NCBI GenBank assembly: GCA_904063045.1
Contig: CAJFCJ010000031.1
Coordinates: forward strand, 310,001 to 374,000
DNA length: 64,000 nucleotides
Reading direction: 5' to 3'
From: Dimorphilus gyrociliatus
Lineage: Eukaryota > Animalia > Annelida
Shown here: in pieces, positions 26,699-39,700 of the stretch
How the letters are laid out: each line of letters starts with the position of its first letter
Numbering within the stretch: position 1 is the stretch's first letter
Notes under the pieces: generated by a model
Told to the model about the DNA's origin: nothing
The model's database searches: none
What the model saw: the letters and a program-made list of their open reading frames with translations, nothing else
Position numbers and translations under genes: made by a program

Positions 26699-28093
26699 AT
26701 GCAGTATAGATTTAAACCGGACGTTAGAAAAGAATGTACGTACGGTTGGTACCCTTCAGTATCACCTTTCAGGCGTACTAGACCTTTTGGAACACCACGT
26801 AATATATTTTATATTTTAAATATAATTTTCTCCTTGTTTACAATGGACATTTTATTGTTAAACAGTCTCTGAAAAAAGCGATCAGTCAAGATCCGCATCG
26901 GTTATGCTGGGAATATCTGGTGTGAAATGTCCACAATTTAAAAGAACGCCTCAAAGTACGAGAGAAAGAGCATCATCCGCTCAGCAGATGACGTAAGATA
27001 ATTATTTCCGCTATTTAAATAGTAAAATTACGAGAATATTGTCAAGTATGAACAATGAGTAAACAAACCTCTCCATCATTTACCAGCTGTCAAAGCTTTT
27101 ATTATGATTAAGTATGTTATTGAACTGCGCGAAAGAGCTGATCGGTTGTAATAAGCGACGTGGATGAATTGAGTTAATAGAACTAATCCTTTATAATGTT
27201 TTTCCCTTTAATACTTATTAATAGATTTAATAGAAAATATTTTTTAATTAAAGTCCAAAGCCACCAGAAGGACTAAAGAATGCGTGGCAACAGACTTCAG
27301 AAAGACAAACGCCTATTTCGGCTTTGTCGAACTCATCAGTTGAAATTCCGTCGCCAAAAGTCGGCTCTCCGCTATCATTTGCTGAGCGGAGACCTGAAAG
27401 AATAAGAAGTGCTTGTACTATTGAAAGACCAAGAGTTCAAATTCAAAGGAATATTCAGTCTGCAGGAACATCAAGGAATTCAACAGTAGATGGTAGATGT
27501 GCACCAACACCTCCGTGTATATCATCAACAGAAGGGCTTATTAAAGAGGAAAAAGAGGAAGGTGAGGTCGTTTTAGATTATGATGAACAGTTGAAAAAGC
27601 ATGGATGGAAAATGGAAATTCCTGGAGATCCTTTTCACTTAAAGTAAGCTTAGAAAGCTCAATTGTTTACTTTCAAAACATTGGTTCGTTGTCGGCTTGT
27701 TTGAAGAAATTCAAAACAAGCTTTTGTAATTCATAAAATGTTTTTAGAAATGATCAATACTTTGCATTTGCTGCCAGTATTATATATGATTATGACAATT
27801 ATTATCGCGTTGTCAAGGCTACAATTTCCCTTTTCAATAACAGGCGACGATGCATACCGAAAAGGGCCCCTTATACTCAAGTTGTTAGTGAAGCTGAAGT
27901 TCCTCCTGAACCTCCAAAAACATTTGCAGAGAACAAGGAGACTTTCTTTTATAATACAATACCCAGAAAGCCAATGTCCTACACTGTGTATCCCGGATGG
28001 CCGTCCGAAACGTTCCTCGCTAAACGTCAAAAGTTACAACAGAAAGAAGGAGGGATGAATTATCGTTATAGAAATTTTAGTTTTATCTACTAA
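26699..28093 (+). CDS. Uncharacterised Ser/Pro/Arg-rich protein, ~4 coding exons
   Basis: Four segments (from 26699, ~26864, ~27254 and ~27845) splice in compatible phases into one open frame ending ...MNYRYRNFSFIY*. It contains ordered-looking motifs LKKHGWKMEIPGDPFHLK and FFYNTIPRKPMSYTVYPGWPSE. The start codon is uncertain and no family was recognised. Confidence 0.55.
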
Positions 28094-28308
28094 TAGAGAT
28101 GCTAAGCGAAAAACATCTTTACGCCTATATTTACTCTGCAATAGAACGCTTTTTTTCCATGTCATTTTCTGCAGGTTGAATAAATTACTCTCTTTTTGTA
28201 TTCAGATTGAAATTCCATTCTCAATATTTGACATGAAAAAAATATTTTTCTCTTTAAAATGACTAGCAACGATGCTAATGCAGTTTGTCACGTTTACAGA
28301 AAAAGTCG

Positions 28309-31194
28309 TTACTGCTGAGCATGGTAACTGCTGGCCATGGCTGAATAATTCTGCATCTGATAAGGTACCATAGTATTCAGAGTTTGGGAGGCCGCGTTAG
28401 GTCCAGCCGCATTAGGGAGTTGTATATTTACAGCAGGTGGCGCGGCCGCAGCAGCTGCAGCGGCGGGGTAATGCACATAGAGATGCGGCGCCTGCGGTGT
28501 GGACGTTGGGTAAGTATAATGAGGCGGAGATGCTTGAGCACAAGTAACAGTCGTTCCGTATGGTAACATGACAACGTTGGGATGTTGAATTGATTGACTT
28601 GGTGGCAGTAGAGTACTCTGATGCTGATGAGGAGCCATATGGGCGGGAGGCATCGGTACAACATTGGTTGGGTTGTTTTGCCATTGCGTATAGTACTGAG
28701 CATTCTGATGCATTTGTACAATCGGTGGTCCTGTTAAAGAACCAGGCAAAGAATCAGTGTTGCTTACTACAGCTGCAGCAGTAGGAGTCTGTTGAACGGA
28801 TACATTTGGTTGTGCCGTTGGAGGCCGTAAGTTGTTTGCATTGGGTGTTGCTCCATTTCCTTGAATGGACACGGTAGCTATGATGAAATAAACGAAAAAA
28901 GGATTTATAAAAGGGATTAGATAAGCAGTTCTTTTGTTTAACTCTTGTCAAGCTTAGTTAGTGAAAAGTTGGCGGTTAAGTCTGCGAAGAGAAATATAAA
29001 TAAAAGCTGCTTTACAATAAATTATTATTAACATAACATTGTTTCTTCAACTTTGCTAAGCCAAGGATTATTAAAAAAAAAACTCAAATTCCTAACCCTC
29101 GCTCAGAGACAATAAGGATAGAATAGCTCTTGAACGCATTATTAAAGGAATATAAGAGTGGTTAAATTCCTTTTTCCTAGCTTCAGTTTTAAGTAAAAAC
29201 AGCGAAACATGAGGTGATAGAAAAAAAATTGATTAGAAAATAAATTTACCTCTTTTCGGTTGGTTTTGTTGAGGATACCGGTTTTGAACTTGATGAGGGG
29301 TTTGTGCCGTGATTGGTTGAAACGGCTGCATTACTGGCGCATGAGCGTAAACTGGTGAAGTTTGAGAGAAATGTTGAGGCATAATAATTTGTTGTTGCCT
29401 CTGAGCTTGATGAGGAGGAGGAGGAGGAGGTTGCTGTTGTTGAACGTAAGTGTTCTGATGAGCAGTATTAACCGTCGTTGCGGCCGAACCTCTTGGAACA
29501 AAATCTTTCGCATTAGGATTCAGCTTAAAAGTTTGGACGGTCCTTTAAGAATATAATCAAAATGATTTATGGCAATTAGTAAATTATTTATAATAATACA
29601 AACGTTTGTTTCGTAGCACCAGTGGAAGACGTAGAAGTTGTAGAGGTAGTAGCACCGTTTGTTGGAGAAGGTGACTTTGAAGGTTTTGTGTTGCTGCTGC
29701 GCTCTTCGCTTTCCTTAGATAAATGGGGTATATTGAGTTTGTCTTGGAAAATCTTAAGATCCTTTATTGTGTCCTCCTTCGACGCTGGTGCTGAACGTTT
29801 GGTATCCTTTCGCTTCTCTTCAACTGTCTTATTATTTGTCGCTTTCAGAGGTGGCTCCTCTGTTGAAGCTCTTTCGGGAGTCGAAGTCGGCTTTTCTTCT
29901 CCACTTGTGCTTCCTTTCGCTTTTTTCGAAGTATTTGAACTCTCTGCAAGAAATCACGTGGTTTTATAATATTACAAAAAAAAACATTTTTTAAAAAAAA
30001 ATACTTACGTCTGCGATGAGGCGGAAGATATCTATCTGGTTGAGGACGATGAACAGCACTATATTTGGCTTCCTCTTCACCATCGTCGTCGTCGGCGGCA
30101 CTTTTACCATTAATGTCGCTTTGTTTCGTATTTTCAATTTCTTTCGCAATTTTTTCGGCTTTAGCCTGAAGTTCCAGACCTTCCTCGCTTTCGTCTTTTA
30201 CAAGTTCCGTTGTATAAGCTAACATAGACGGGTCGAAAGTCGAACCAACATTAAACAATTTACTATTCGTCTGGAACATATCGTCGGGGTTCCATCCAGT
30301 GCTTTTAGTATTTTCTAATGTCATATCATCTCCTATTTCCTCCTCTCCATCAAAATAGTCGACAAATTGACGTTCTTCAGTTTGTCCATTATAGGACTGA
30401 TGTATTTCTTGGTCAGTTTGGAAACTCTCCACCATTAGAGGACGAATTTCATTTTTCTGTTCCAAGTCATTATCTATAGCCTCCAAAGATATAACGTCTT
30501 TACGAGCGAATATTATTTCGGAGCTAATGCGATTACTATGAACACCATAACTGCCACAAGGTTTAGACTCTTCATCCTGATCCAGTCTATGTGGGACTTT
30601 CAGGACAACTTTACCCTCAGGTGAGAGAGTCTCCAAAACGCCTTCGTATATGCAGTTATCACTTGTATAGGCACGAACAAAGCGACCCAAAAGGGTTCCC
30701 AGCACTTTAGACACGTCGGAAGAAGCGTATATTCCTTCCGCCACGCTCGCCATTTCTTCTCGTTCTTCGCTGCTAAAGTCACCGTCCCTTTCTGTGTTAT
30801 TTCTGTTTTTAAACATCTCTTCCTCAAGTTGTTTGGAGTCTTTAGCGTCCTCAGCTCGAGGCATAGGTAGAAGAGCGTTAGGACTGCAATAAGAATACCA
30901 ATCTATAATATCCATCGTTTAGAATTGTGAAGCACGTGCTTTACAAGCGGATATGCAATGCACGTTGTTCTTTGAGTATGTTTATTACACCGGCATATAG
31001 TACTCAAATTAATTAAAAGTGTTTTTGAAATTTTGAATTAAATCTCGCAGATCTAACATATTTTCAATCACATAAATGTTCAATAAAATTAAGAATGGTA
31101 AAAAATTTTATAATAAGTAAGATTACCTAACATAGGTAGATGCTAGCGGTAATTTCTTCTTTCCTTTAGTGGTGCATGAGGTTGGCGAGGCCAT
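28309..31194 (-). CDS. ATXN2: Ataxin-2 homolog (Lsm, LsmAD, PAM2, Q/P-rich tail), ~5 exons
   Basis: Lsm domain EGIYASSDV..VLGTLLG...IYEGVLETLSP, LsmAD GWNPDDMFQTN..F.V.STFD...AEKIAKEIE...EEAKYSAVHR, and PAM2 motif KLNPNAKDFVP at ~29500-29530. Exon 1 (from ATG 31194) joins in phase 2 to the 29845-30915 ORF frame. Confidence 0.9.
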
Positions 31195-31976
31195 TGTTTT
31201 GTAAAACTCTTCCTAGATATGGCTTAAGCTGCAATCGCAACAACAAGCAAGCTTAATTTAAAGAAATTCTTAATCATTTAATTTAAAGCTAGAGTCTTAC
31301 CCTGATTTAAGTTTCATAAAACCGAAATATGTTTGAAAAACCGCTAACGATCAAGAAAGTAGCGACCAGTTAAAGATGTCGGCCAGCATATTGTATTAAT
31401 GCGCGGTGTTAACGTATGTTCTAAAAAATAAAGTCTATTTTCGTTTATAAGTCTTGTATAAATTTTAAACATTTTTTTTTTTGGTAAGGTTAATTTTAAA
31501 AATAGCAATAGCAAATAGTTACGAACTATATTCTTAAATTTCTATTTATCAATCAATACCAGATGACTCTTACGAATAAACTCGTCCGGTACATTTTCGG
31601 AACTCTGGACTCGTCCATCTATTCCTATACCGGTCAGCTATTGAATTACCAAACCGATTTTTCCTGTAGCCAATCAAAATCGATTTAAAGCATGGAAAAT
31701 TCATAAGAAGTCGACGGTGATTGGACCACTCCTAGAGCCGGTGTTGTCATGTCGTCCAATATACAATATACAGTAATGTATTAGAGGAATATTGGTATTG
31801 TATAAAATTTAGCTCAAGTTAATTATTACTCTTTAATTGAATTCTCAACCAGTGATCTTCAATATTTGTAAGTAAATTAATCTTTCTCTATTAAAATAGA
31901 TCTTTAAATAAACAAAATTTTAATGATTTTCTTCGAAAACTTTATATACATGATCAGCTTAAAATATCTACACGAG
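31195..31976. promoter_or_regulatory. Divergent promoter region (ATXN2 <- / -> ELOVL4-like)
   Basis: Start codons are head-to-head, 782 bp apart, with locally GC-richer blocks. Confidence 0.45.
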
Positions 31977-33746
31977 ATGGAGTTAATCACCGATAAAATA
32001 AATCAAATTCAAAAATTTTACGAATGGAGTCTCTTAAGAGCAGGTATGATCATATAGTAGTCAATAATTTACAAATATTACGCTAGCGTAGGGACTCACA
32101 TTCCAACACCCTTAAAAATGGGCTTGTCTCAACAGATAAAAGAGTGGAAAACTGGCTTTTTATGGAAGGTTACACACCCACGCTACTTCTTACATTATCA
32201 TACTTACTGATTGTTCAAGTCGGTCCAAAGATAATGAAGAATAGAGAAGCCTTTCAATTACGTGGTATCCTGATAATCTACAATGCTTTCTTAGTCCTTG
32301 TCAATTTGCATATTTGTACGGAATTATTTATTGCCAGCACTAAACTGGGTTATAGTTACGTTTGTCAGCCAGTAAATTATAGTTCAAACCCAGATGAGAT
32401 GAGAATTGCTAAGGCTTTATGGTGGTTCTATTTCTCAAAATGTCTTGAATTTGGTGACACTTTTTTATTCATTCTTCGAAAAAAGAACAATCAAATATCC
32501 TTTCTACATGTTTACCACCACGCCACCATGTTTCCCATCTGGTGGATTGGTGTTAAGTGGGTTGCTGGTGGTCAATGTTAGTTAATAAATAACTAATTAT
32601 ATTTTTATATTTGTAATTACTTGAATGTTTATTTTTTTAAAACAGCATTCTTCGGAGCAATGGTCAACTCGTTTATACATGTTATAATGTACTCCTACTA
32701 TGGTTTTGCTGCTTTAGGACCTCAATATCAAAAGTACTTGTGGTGGAAGCGTTATCTGACAAGAATTCAATTGGTGAGTTCAAACTGAGATTTATCATTT
32801 TTTCATCATTCTAGAATGATTTTGAAGAGGAAGAACAAAAACCGTTTTTTTTGCTGGTTTTGCTTATGTGCGTTGTTTTAGTTTATCAAATAGAAACAAA
32901 GGAGGGAAAATAGAAGGAGAAAATAGAGGAACGATAATAAAATGTTCATTTTCTTCCATTCTTCGCCATATATTAGTCATAATTTTTTATTCTTTTTAGA
33001 AAAATCTATTATACTTTTTTGATAGTATGAAAGACAATAAGAATAGATATTTTTAACTATAGTAAAATAAAAAGTCTAGTAGTAAGTAGAAATAATAGAT
33101 AATATAATGTTTTTTTTTCTGCCTTTTTTTTTTTAAAAAACAAATTGTTTTGGTTTTATAGTGAAAAAAGAACTCTTTTAAAAAAGCATACACTTATTAA
33201 TTAATTAAAAAAAATTAGATGCAATTTTTTGGTGGATTGGTCTACGGTTCGCAAAGTTTATACTTTGAATGCGATTTTCCCCGTTGGATCCAATGGATTT
33301 CTGTGGCTTATGGTGTGACCATAACCATACTGTTCCTGAATTTTTATTATCACGCATATATTAAAACAAGCGATAAACGGTTAAAGGTAATTTAGATGTT
33401 TTTTTGACAAATATTTGTTATGTTTGTTTAGGTTCAATTTGTTGTTGGAATGGCGCATGCTGCGCAATCATTACTTTTCGGTTGCGATTTCCCAACCTGG
33501 ATGCATTGGGCTTTAATTTTCTACGGCCTATCAATCCTTCTTTTGTTCTTAAACTTCTATTTTCACGCATACGTGAAATCCAAAGGAAAGAAGGTATAGT
33601 GTTGTATTATTCATAGAATAAAAGTATTTTTTATCATTATTGTTAGACATTTTGAATGATGATGACTAGACAAGAATGTATTCAATTTAACTTCTTTTCA
33701 GGTTAAAAGCAACGGAGAACACAAAAAGAATGGAAAATCTGACTAA
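31977..33746 (+). CDS. ELOVL4: Very-long-chain fatty acid elongase, ELOVL4-like, with two alternative versions of exon 4
   Basis: Motifs [22 protein letters not shown], histidine box [24 protein letters not shown] and WWKRYLT. Exon 4a is 33219-33386 and exon 4b is 33432-33593; 4b ([14 protein letters not shown]...LFLNFY) closely resembles vertebrate ELOVL4. The last exon 33702-33746 has a Lys-rich ER-retention-like end. Confidence 0.92.
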
Positions 33747-34351
33747 AGCATTGTTTTCACGTGTTAGAGTATTTTTCAAAAATAGATGTTATTTTACACT
33801 TTAATACAGAATAAAATTGAAATAGTAAAATAAGATACTTTGTCCAATTTTTCAAAACCGGAACTTAATTAATTTAAATTTCGCGCCCCACCATTCGTAA
33901 ACGGTGATTCATAAACCGGTCAGAGGGATTTCCAAGGCACTCCCGGAACCGCACATTGCATTTTCTATTATAGTTAAATTTATGATTTTAAATATATTTC
34001 TTTTATTGATACCATGATCTTTTTTAAACGATTGATGATGGAGAGAAAAAAGTAAACAACAACATATATATAAATATAAATAGAATACGGTCAGTATCAA
34101 CAGATGTTACTAAGCTGTATGCTTTTCTTGTTTCCTTTTCGTAATTTTCTAACAATAATAATCTTAGCTGATATAAAGAAAGTTATATCTTTTTATGATT
34201 ATATTAAAAAAAGGAATTTTTATTTTATATATTATATAAGTTATTTTTAAAAGAACAGAACATTAAATAAATATGTTGCCTAAGTATCGACATTTTCAAT
34301 CTCTTTTTTACCAATAGGTTCGAGCTAATATGAACAAAAGCGCTTAGAAAC

Positions 34352-35395
34352 ATGACATATTTGGCCTATATTATCCATCTTGTTAAGAGAATTTTGAAAG
34401 CTCCAAAAATCGCAGCACTTGTGACTGTTCTATTCTTTTTAGCAGAAAATGTAACTGAATTAGCTATTAGATATGTACCGGAATTCAATCGTCTAAAACA
34501 GGGAATTCATAATTGTGACAGGCTACCAAAGATAGATACATATGGAATAATGTGCCCTTTTGATAAACCGAGCTTATATGCTACCAATGATGTTATTATT
34601 TTAACATATGCCAATTCTGGATGGTCGTCTCAAGTAACCAACTGGATTTGTAACGCTAAAAAAGCGAAATTATCTAATTTATTAGTTGTAGCTGTTAACG
34701 AAGACTTATGTAAAAGCTTAGGATCGATTGAAGGCGTAAAATGTTGGACACCTTCACTCTCACCAGCATTTCAGCATTTGAAAGACAAAACTATGCAACA
34801 ATCAAGATTTAACGCAAGTGGGAAAGCCCAATGGGGAACTCAAAAATATGGATTACTGTTAAAATATCGGACTTTAGTCATATATTCTCTACTCAAATGT
34901 GGACATCCGCTTCTACTATCTGATACGGATGTTATTTTTCTAAAGTCTCCCTTAAATTATTTAAGGCAGCTTGCTTATGGGAATGGTTCAAATATAGATA
35001 CTCTCAATCCTAAAAACGAAATGATCTTCCAGAAAGACGCAACCGGTTGGAGAAGATTCGACAGTTGGGGCCTAAGAGGTTGGCTTGGTAATTGGTATGC
35101 TTGTGCCGGTTTTGCATACATCATACCTACTCCTGCCATAATAAAATTTTGGGAGGGAATGCTAGCCTTCCAAGAATTTGATTGGAATGATCAAGTCGGT
35201 GTTAATTTATGCTTGAGATATTCTAACCACAGAGTTCGTTGGACGACACTGGACTCGCAAATATTTCCAAATGGTAGAATGGTGCAGGATGGATACGAAA
35301 TGAATCAAGATCCTTTTGTTATTCATTTTAATTGGATTCACGACTTTAACGATAAAATTAAGTATATGAAATTAAGGAAACTTTGGTGTGGATAA
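34352..35395 (+). CDS. Nucleotide-diphospho-sugar transferase (GT77/PF03407-like), intronless CDS, 347 aa
   Basis: N-terminal TM anchor (IAALVTVLFFLA), ILTYAN..W...NWICN, LLVVAVNEDLC, DxD motif LLSDTDVIFLKSP, CAGFAYI, NDQVGVN, L...IFPNG and VIHFNW...KIK.MK...LW. Confidence 0.82.
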   Translation: MTYLAYIIHLVKRILKAPKIAALVTVLFFLAENVTELAIRYVPEFNRLKQGIHNCDRLPKIDTYGIMCPFDKPSLYATNDVIILTYANSGWSSQVTNWICNAKKAKLSNLLVVAVNEDLCKSLGSIEGVKCWTPSLSPAFQHLKDKTMQQSRFNASGKAQWGTQKYGLLLKYRTLVIYSLLKCGHPLLLSDTDVIFLKSPLNYLRQLAYGNGSNIDTLNPKNEMIFQKDATGWRRFDSWGLRGWLGNWYACAGFAYIIPTPAIIKFWEGMLAFQEFDWNDQVGVNLCLRYSNHRVRWTTLDSQIFPNGRMVQDGYEMNQDPFVIHFNWIHDFNDKIKYMKLRKLWCG

Positions 35396-36757
35396 TCGTA
35401 TCAGCTCGGAATTAATAATTATGCAATACTCATTTTTAAGGGAAACGTAAAATGAGTTTACTAGCAATTAGTATTTTTAGTATTGCAATTACAGCAGTTC
35501 TTATAATAATCTGCTTTAAATCAGTATTACTACTATTTTATACAATTAAGTAGACTTATTTTATGGTCCCGTTTTCTCGACAGTTCTGTTCCTTTTAAAC
35601 AGTAATTTAAGTTTTTTTCTGTGCCTTTAAATTGCAAGTTTATTACATTGTCATTCATTATCTCTTAAGAAAAAAAAAGCCCCTCCTGTAAAAGAAAAAT
35701 TATCTTAAATTTCTTTATTTAATTACCTATTTAGCAATACTATACTTTGTTGTAAAAAGTTTCGATTTTTTGTTCACTTTTTTATTTGGTTTTGTTGGTT
35801 CTCCACGGCTTTTTATGATAATAAAGAAGAAAAAAAAAACAAAAACGGAATCGTTCATAGCTATAATCTTGTGGAAAGGCAATACTTTAAAACTATTATT
35901 CATTTCAAAATTGTTACTTTGTGGGCGTTTCACTACGATTACTAAGAAGTATTTTCCACGTTTTGGTTGATAAAATACACATATTTATAAAAAGTTATTA
36001 AAGGATCATCTATTTTTTCTTTTAACTTTCCATTCTGTTTCGATCTAAGTAAATTATTATTTGAAACAGATGATAAGAATACGTTTATATTCTTTAAAAG
36101 ATATTTAAATTTTATATGGCTTTAGAGAGATGGCGCTGTTAAAAAAATAAGGCTGTTACGTTTAGAGTTATTTACTCTTTATAAAAAATCATTTTTAAAG
36201 ATACTAAAAGTATAAACAAAATTATAATTAAGCTATTTTAATTTAATACTGATAATAAATGGGAAATTTTAATGAATTAAGCTATATATGGGATAAAAAA
36301 CACTTGGTCGGGGGGTGAGGTAGCTATTTGGAATAGCCTTTAAGAGAAGGCCGTGGACGGTCGAAAAGGAGCTGCCTCGCCCAGAAAAAGAATTTTAGAC
36401 ACGTGTTTCATACAGGAAACTTGTTTACAGCTCATTCCGAAAACAATTTTAAACTTCTTATAACGTTACGTAGACGTTGGCGAGAAGATTCTAAAGAGTA
36501 TGTTATCTACGTATTGAAATTTCTACCTTTACTTTCAACGATGTTAAATCCTGTTCTGACCGCGCCCTTTTTTAAATTTCTGTGATCAAGTTAAAGGTCG
36601 TTAGAAATTGATTTCCTTATCATAACATTTTCTAAATAAAACTATATGATAAGGAACGTAGTAGGCTGAGATAATGTTAAGACGAGAAATAGCAGTAGCA
36701 ATAAATGAACTTGTTTAACCAGTTGCTAACTATTTCAGATTAGGCTGTTCGAATGAT

Positions 36758-39700
36758 ATGCCAGGAGTCATGAATAATCCAGACTATCCACAGTAAGTAC
36801 AATTTGTTTACGCCCATCTATGAGCAAAAAGACGTTTTTTAGTTTGTTTGTTGTTGAAACCTTTGATGGTTCTCAACATTGAATGAAACCGCTTGTAAAA
36901 GCTGTTGTTCATGATAACGAGAGAAATTTTAGTTCCTGGTAAGATAAGAGAAAAAACCTTTTTTATCATAAAATCTGTAAATGATACAACTCCTTCTCTC
37001 CAAAAATCTAACACTGTTAGTTAGATATTAGAGTCAGTCTGTATAGTAAAATTAAATTCCTTATCAATGTCTTTTGACTAGATTTGATAATAAAATATTC
37101 ACGGTATCTGCAGGGATCCAGATCCATATTTTGCTTATCACGACGATTATAAGAGTTCAAGGGATAGAAGGTTCGATAGAGATCAAGAAGACCACTATTA
37201 CAATGAGAGGCCAAGAAGAAACAATGATTACTCCGAACAATCAAGAGAGAACAGCGGTCGCCGAAGAAATGATAGACGAACGTATGATAACGATTATCAA
37301 TCAATGCATGACGAAAGAGAAGATTTATATTCCAAAGTGAGACGTCCTCACAGAGATCGCGATGGACAGAATATAGGTGCTCACAACGTCGTTGAATCAT
37401 ACAACAACAGCGAAAGAGGTTAATTTTTTTATTTTATTTTTTTAAAGTATAGGAAAAACAAAAATTATTATTCCTCGCACGTTTGTTGATTCAATATATT
37501 TGAATGTAAAGTACGAAATATTTTCTTGATTAGTAAAATTGATAAAGCAATTCTTTTGAGCAAAGATATTTATGAAGTTATCAATCATAAAATTTGTTTT
37601 ATCTATCCTCTTCTGGTTATTTATTTTAAAATATCAGTATTTTGTTTCAAATTTTTATGTTTTAATGTGCAATAAAAGTATTAGTCTCTTATTTTTTAAG
37701 GTATCATTTAACTACGAACAGGTCAAAGAAGAAGAAACGACAATATGAATAGAGAAGAAGGACAAATTATTGATCTTGATCATTTAGTCACCATGTCAAT
37801 GGATCGAGGTATTTTCCATACAGCTAACTCATTTATCTTACTCATATTTCAAATGATTTTTTATATTATGTTTAGTGAGAGACATTAAAGAAGGAATTGA
37901 ATATCTTAGAGGAATTAGACAATGGTTGAATAAATTACACTGTTCTATAGAGGTAGCTAGGGGAAAGCTGTTTTGCTACGAGGCTGGAACTAAAAAAGAA
38001 TTAGAAGTTTACCCTCTCGACTCAATCAGTCACGTAACTCCCGTAGAATCGATAGATAACATTTACAACAACGTTATTTTATTTGTAATTAACGGTGAAG
38101 TCACAAGGGAGTTGGCAGCCTTTCAATGTGTGGATAGGTCAGCTCACGAAGTAGCTGACATGATCGAAAGAGCTAAGATGATAAAAAGAGATCGTCCTAT
38201 ATCTCCTCAACCTTCTGAACGATATACGGATGAGGACAAAAAAATTGTTATGAATCGAGTAAAAATGATTGAACAAGCCCAAACATCTCTACAGGAAGCA
38301 GGCCCTTACGTTGCTGGTCAAACAAAAGAAAAATTTCGAAAGTCTATGAGAAGGAGTAACGAGCGTCACGATAGTAATGCGTCTTTGCTTGATGAAAAAA
38401 CAGAAAGGGATTCGCAAATGTTAAATCGATGTTTCGACGATATTGAACGCTTTATTTATAAGCTGCAGCAGGCTGCTGAGTATCATAGACGCCTTAAGGC
38501 GGCTGGAAGAAGAAATAGAAGGGACGACGGAATTCTAACTGAGCGTTCTCGTCCACCTCCTTCTAAGGAATTCATCGAAGTTTTTCAGAAATTTAAACTT
38601 TCGTTCATTTTATTAGCCAAGCTTAGGGATGATATTTTCCGGCCTACTGCACCAGAACTTATTGCCCATCTGTTCACTCCTTTAAATATAATAGTCTCGG
38701 CATCAAGAGATCCTGAGACAAACCAACCAGAGATCGCCTCGAAAGTTGTTAGCCCCTTACTAACTAGACAAGCTAAGGAATTACTTGAAGAAAGCCTTAC
38801 TGAACGAGAAAGGTTTCTCTGGGAATCTCTAGGCCCTTCTTGGACCCAAACAAGAGAAGAATGGACGGGATATGTCCCACCGTACTATCCCAATTTTGAG
38901 GGATTAAGTTCAAGGCAAGATGTCACATCAGAAGCAGAGTTTGATCATGTTTGTTTTCTTTCAAAACTAATTGTTTAACATAATAAGAATTTCCTACTAT
39001 TTTCATTAGCCAAGGCAGCCGCGTGGTCGACGACACGAAGATAGTAGCAGATATGAAAGAGAGAGGCCAAGACAAGAGAGCAATGGTCAAAAACGAGTTC
39101 CCGACACATGGAATTCTGAAGGTCTTGGATACGGAGATGACGTTAGTAATTTTAGTCATTTAATTTACTCTAAATTATATCTATTCTATCTGAATTTAAT
39201 AATTGTAGGAACCAGTTCAACCAGAAGTTGTACGTAGAGAACAAGCAAGGCATTCGGCAGAAAAACCAAAAGATTACGATTCCAATCCTAGAAACAGTCG
39301 CGAGACTAACAAATCATCAAACAAAGCTCAAAAAGCAGTTACCGAAAAGTTACCTAGTAATCCAGAGGAAAGAAATTTAGAATTTTATCGCAGACTCTTA
39401 AACGAAAATGCAGAGTAAGTATTCCTGTACATTTATTAGGCTATAATTATGCTCTTTGATTACGAACTTGTTTTGTTATAGTATCGCCAAGGCAACAGCC
39501 TCCAGAGAAGGAAGCAATAATAAAGAATTAGATGTATATAGCGGAGAGTATCTAAAAGTAATAATTTCAAAAAAACATACATACAATACTTATATTTAAT
39601 AATTTTAAATGTTTTTTTTTCTATATTAATTTTAAGGTTCTAGACCACTCAAGAAATTGGTGGAAACTGATGAATGCAGATGGAAATAAGGGCTTTGCTC

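Noticed and set aside
29385-29445. Q/P tract in ataxin-2 (QQQQPPPPPPHQAQRQQQ)
   Set aside because: Short mixed-codon tract in the C-terminal low-complexity region, normal for the family and not the disease-type N-terminal polyQ.
36316-36337. let-7-like TGAGGTAG start
   Set aside because: Only the first 8 nt match let-7 and only ~10 of 22 nt pair with the opposite arm, so this is not a pre-miRNA geometry.
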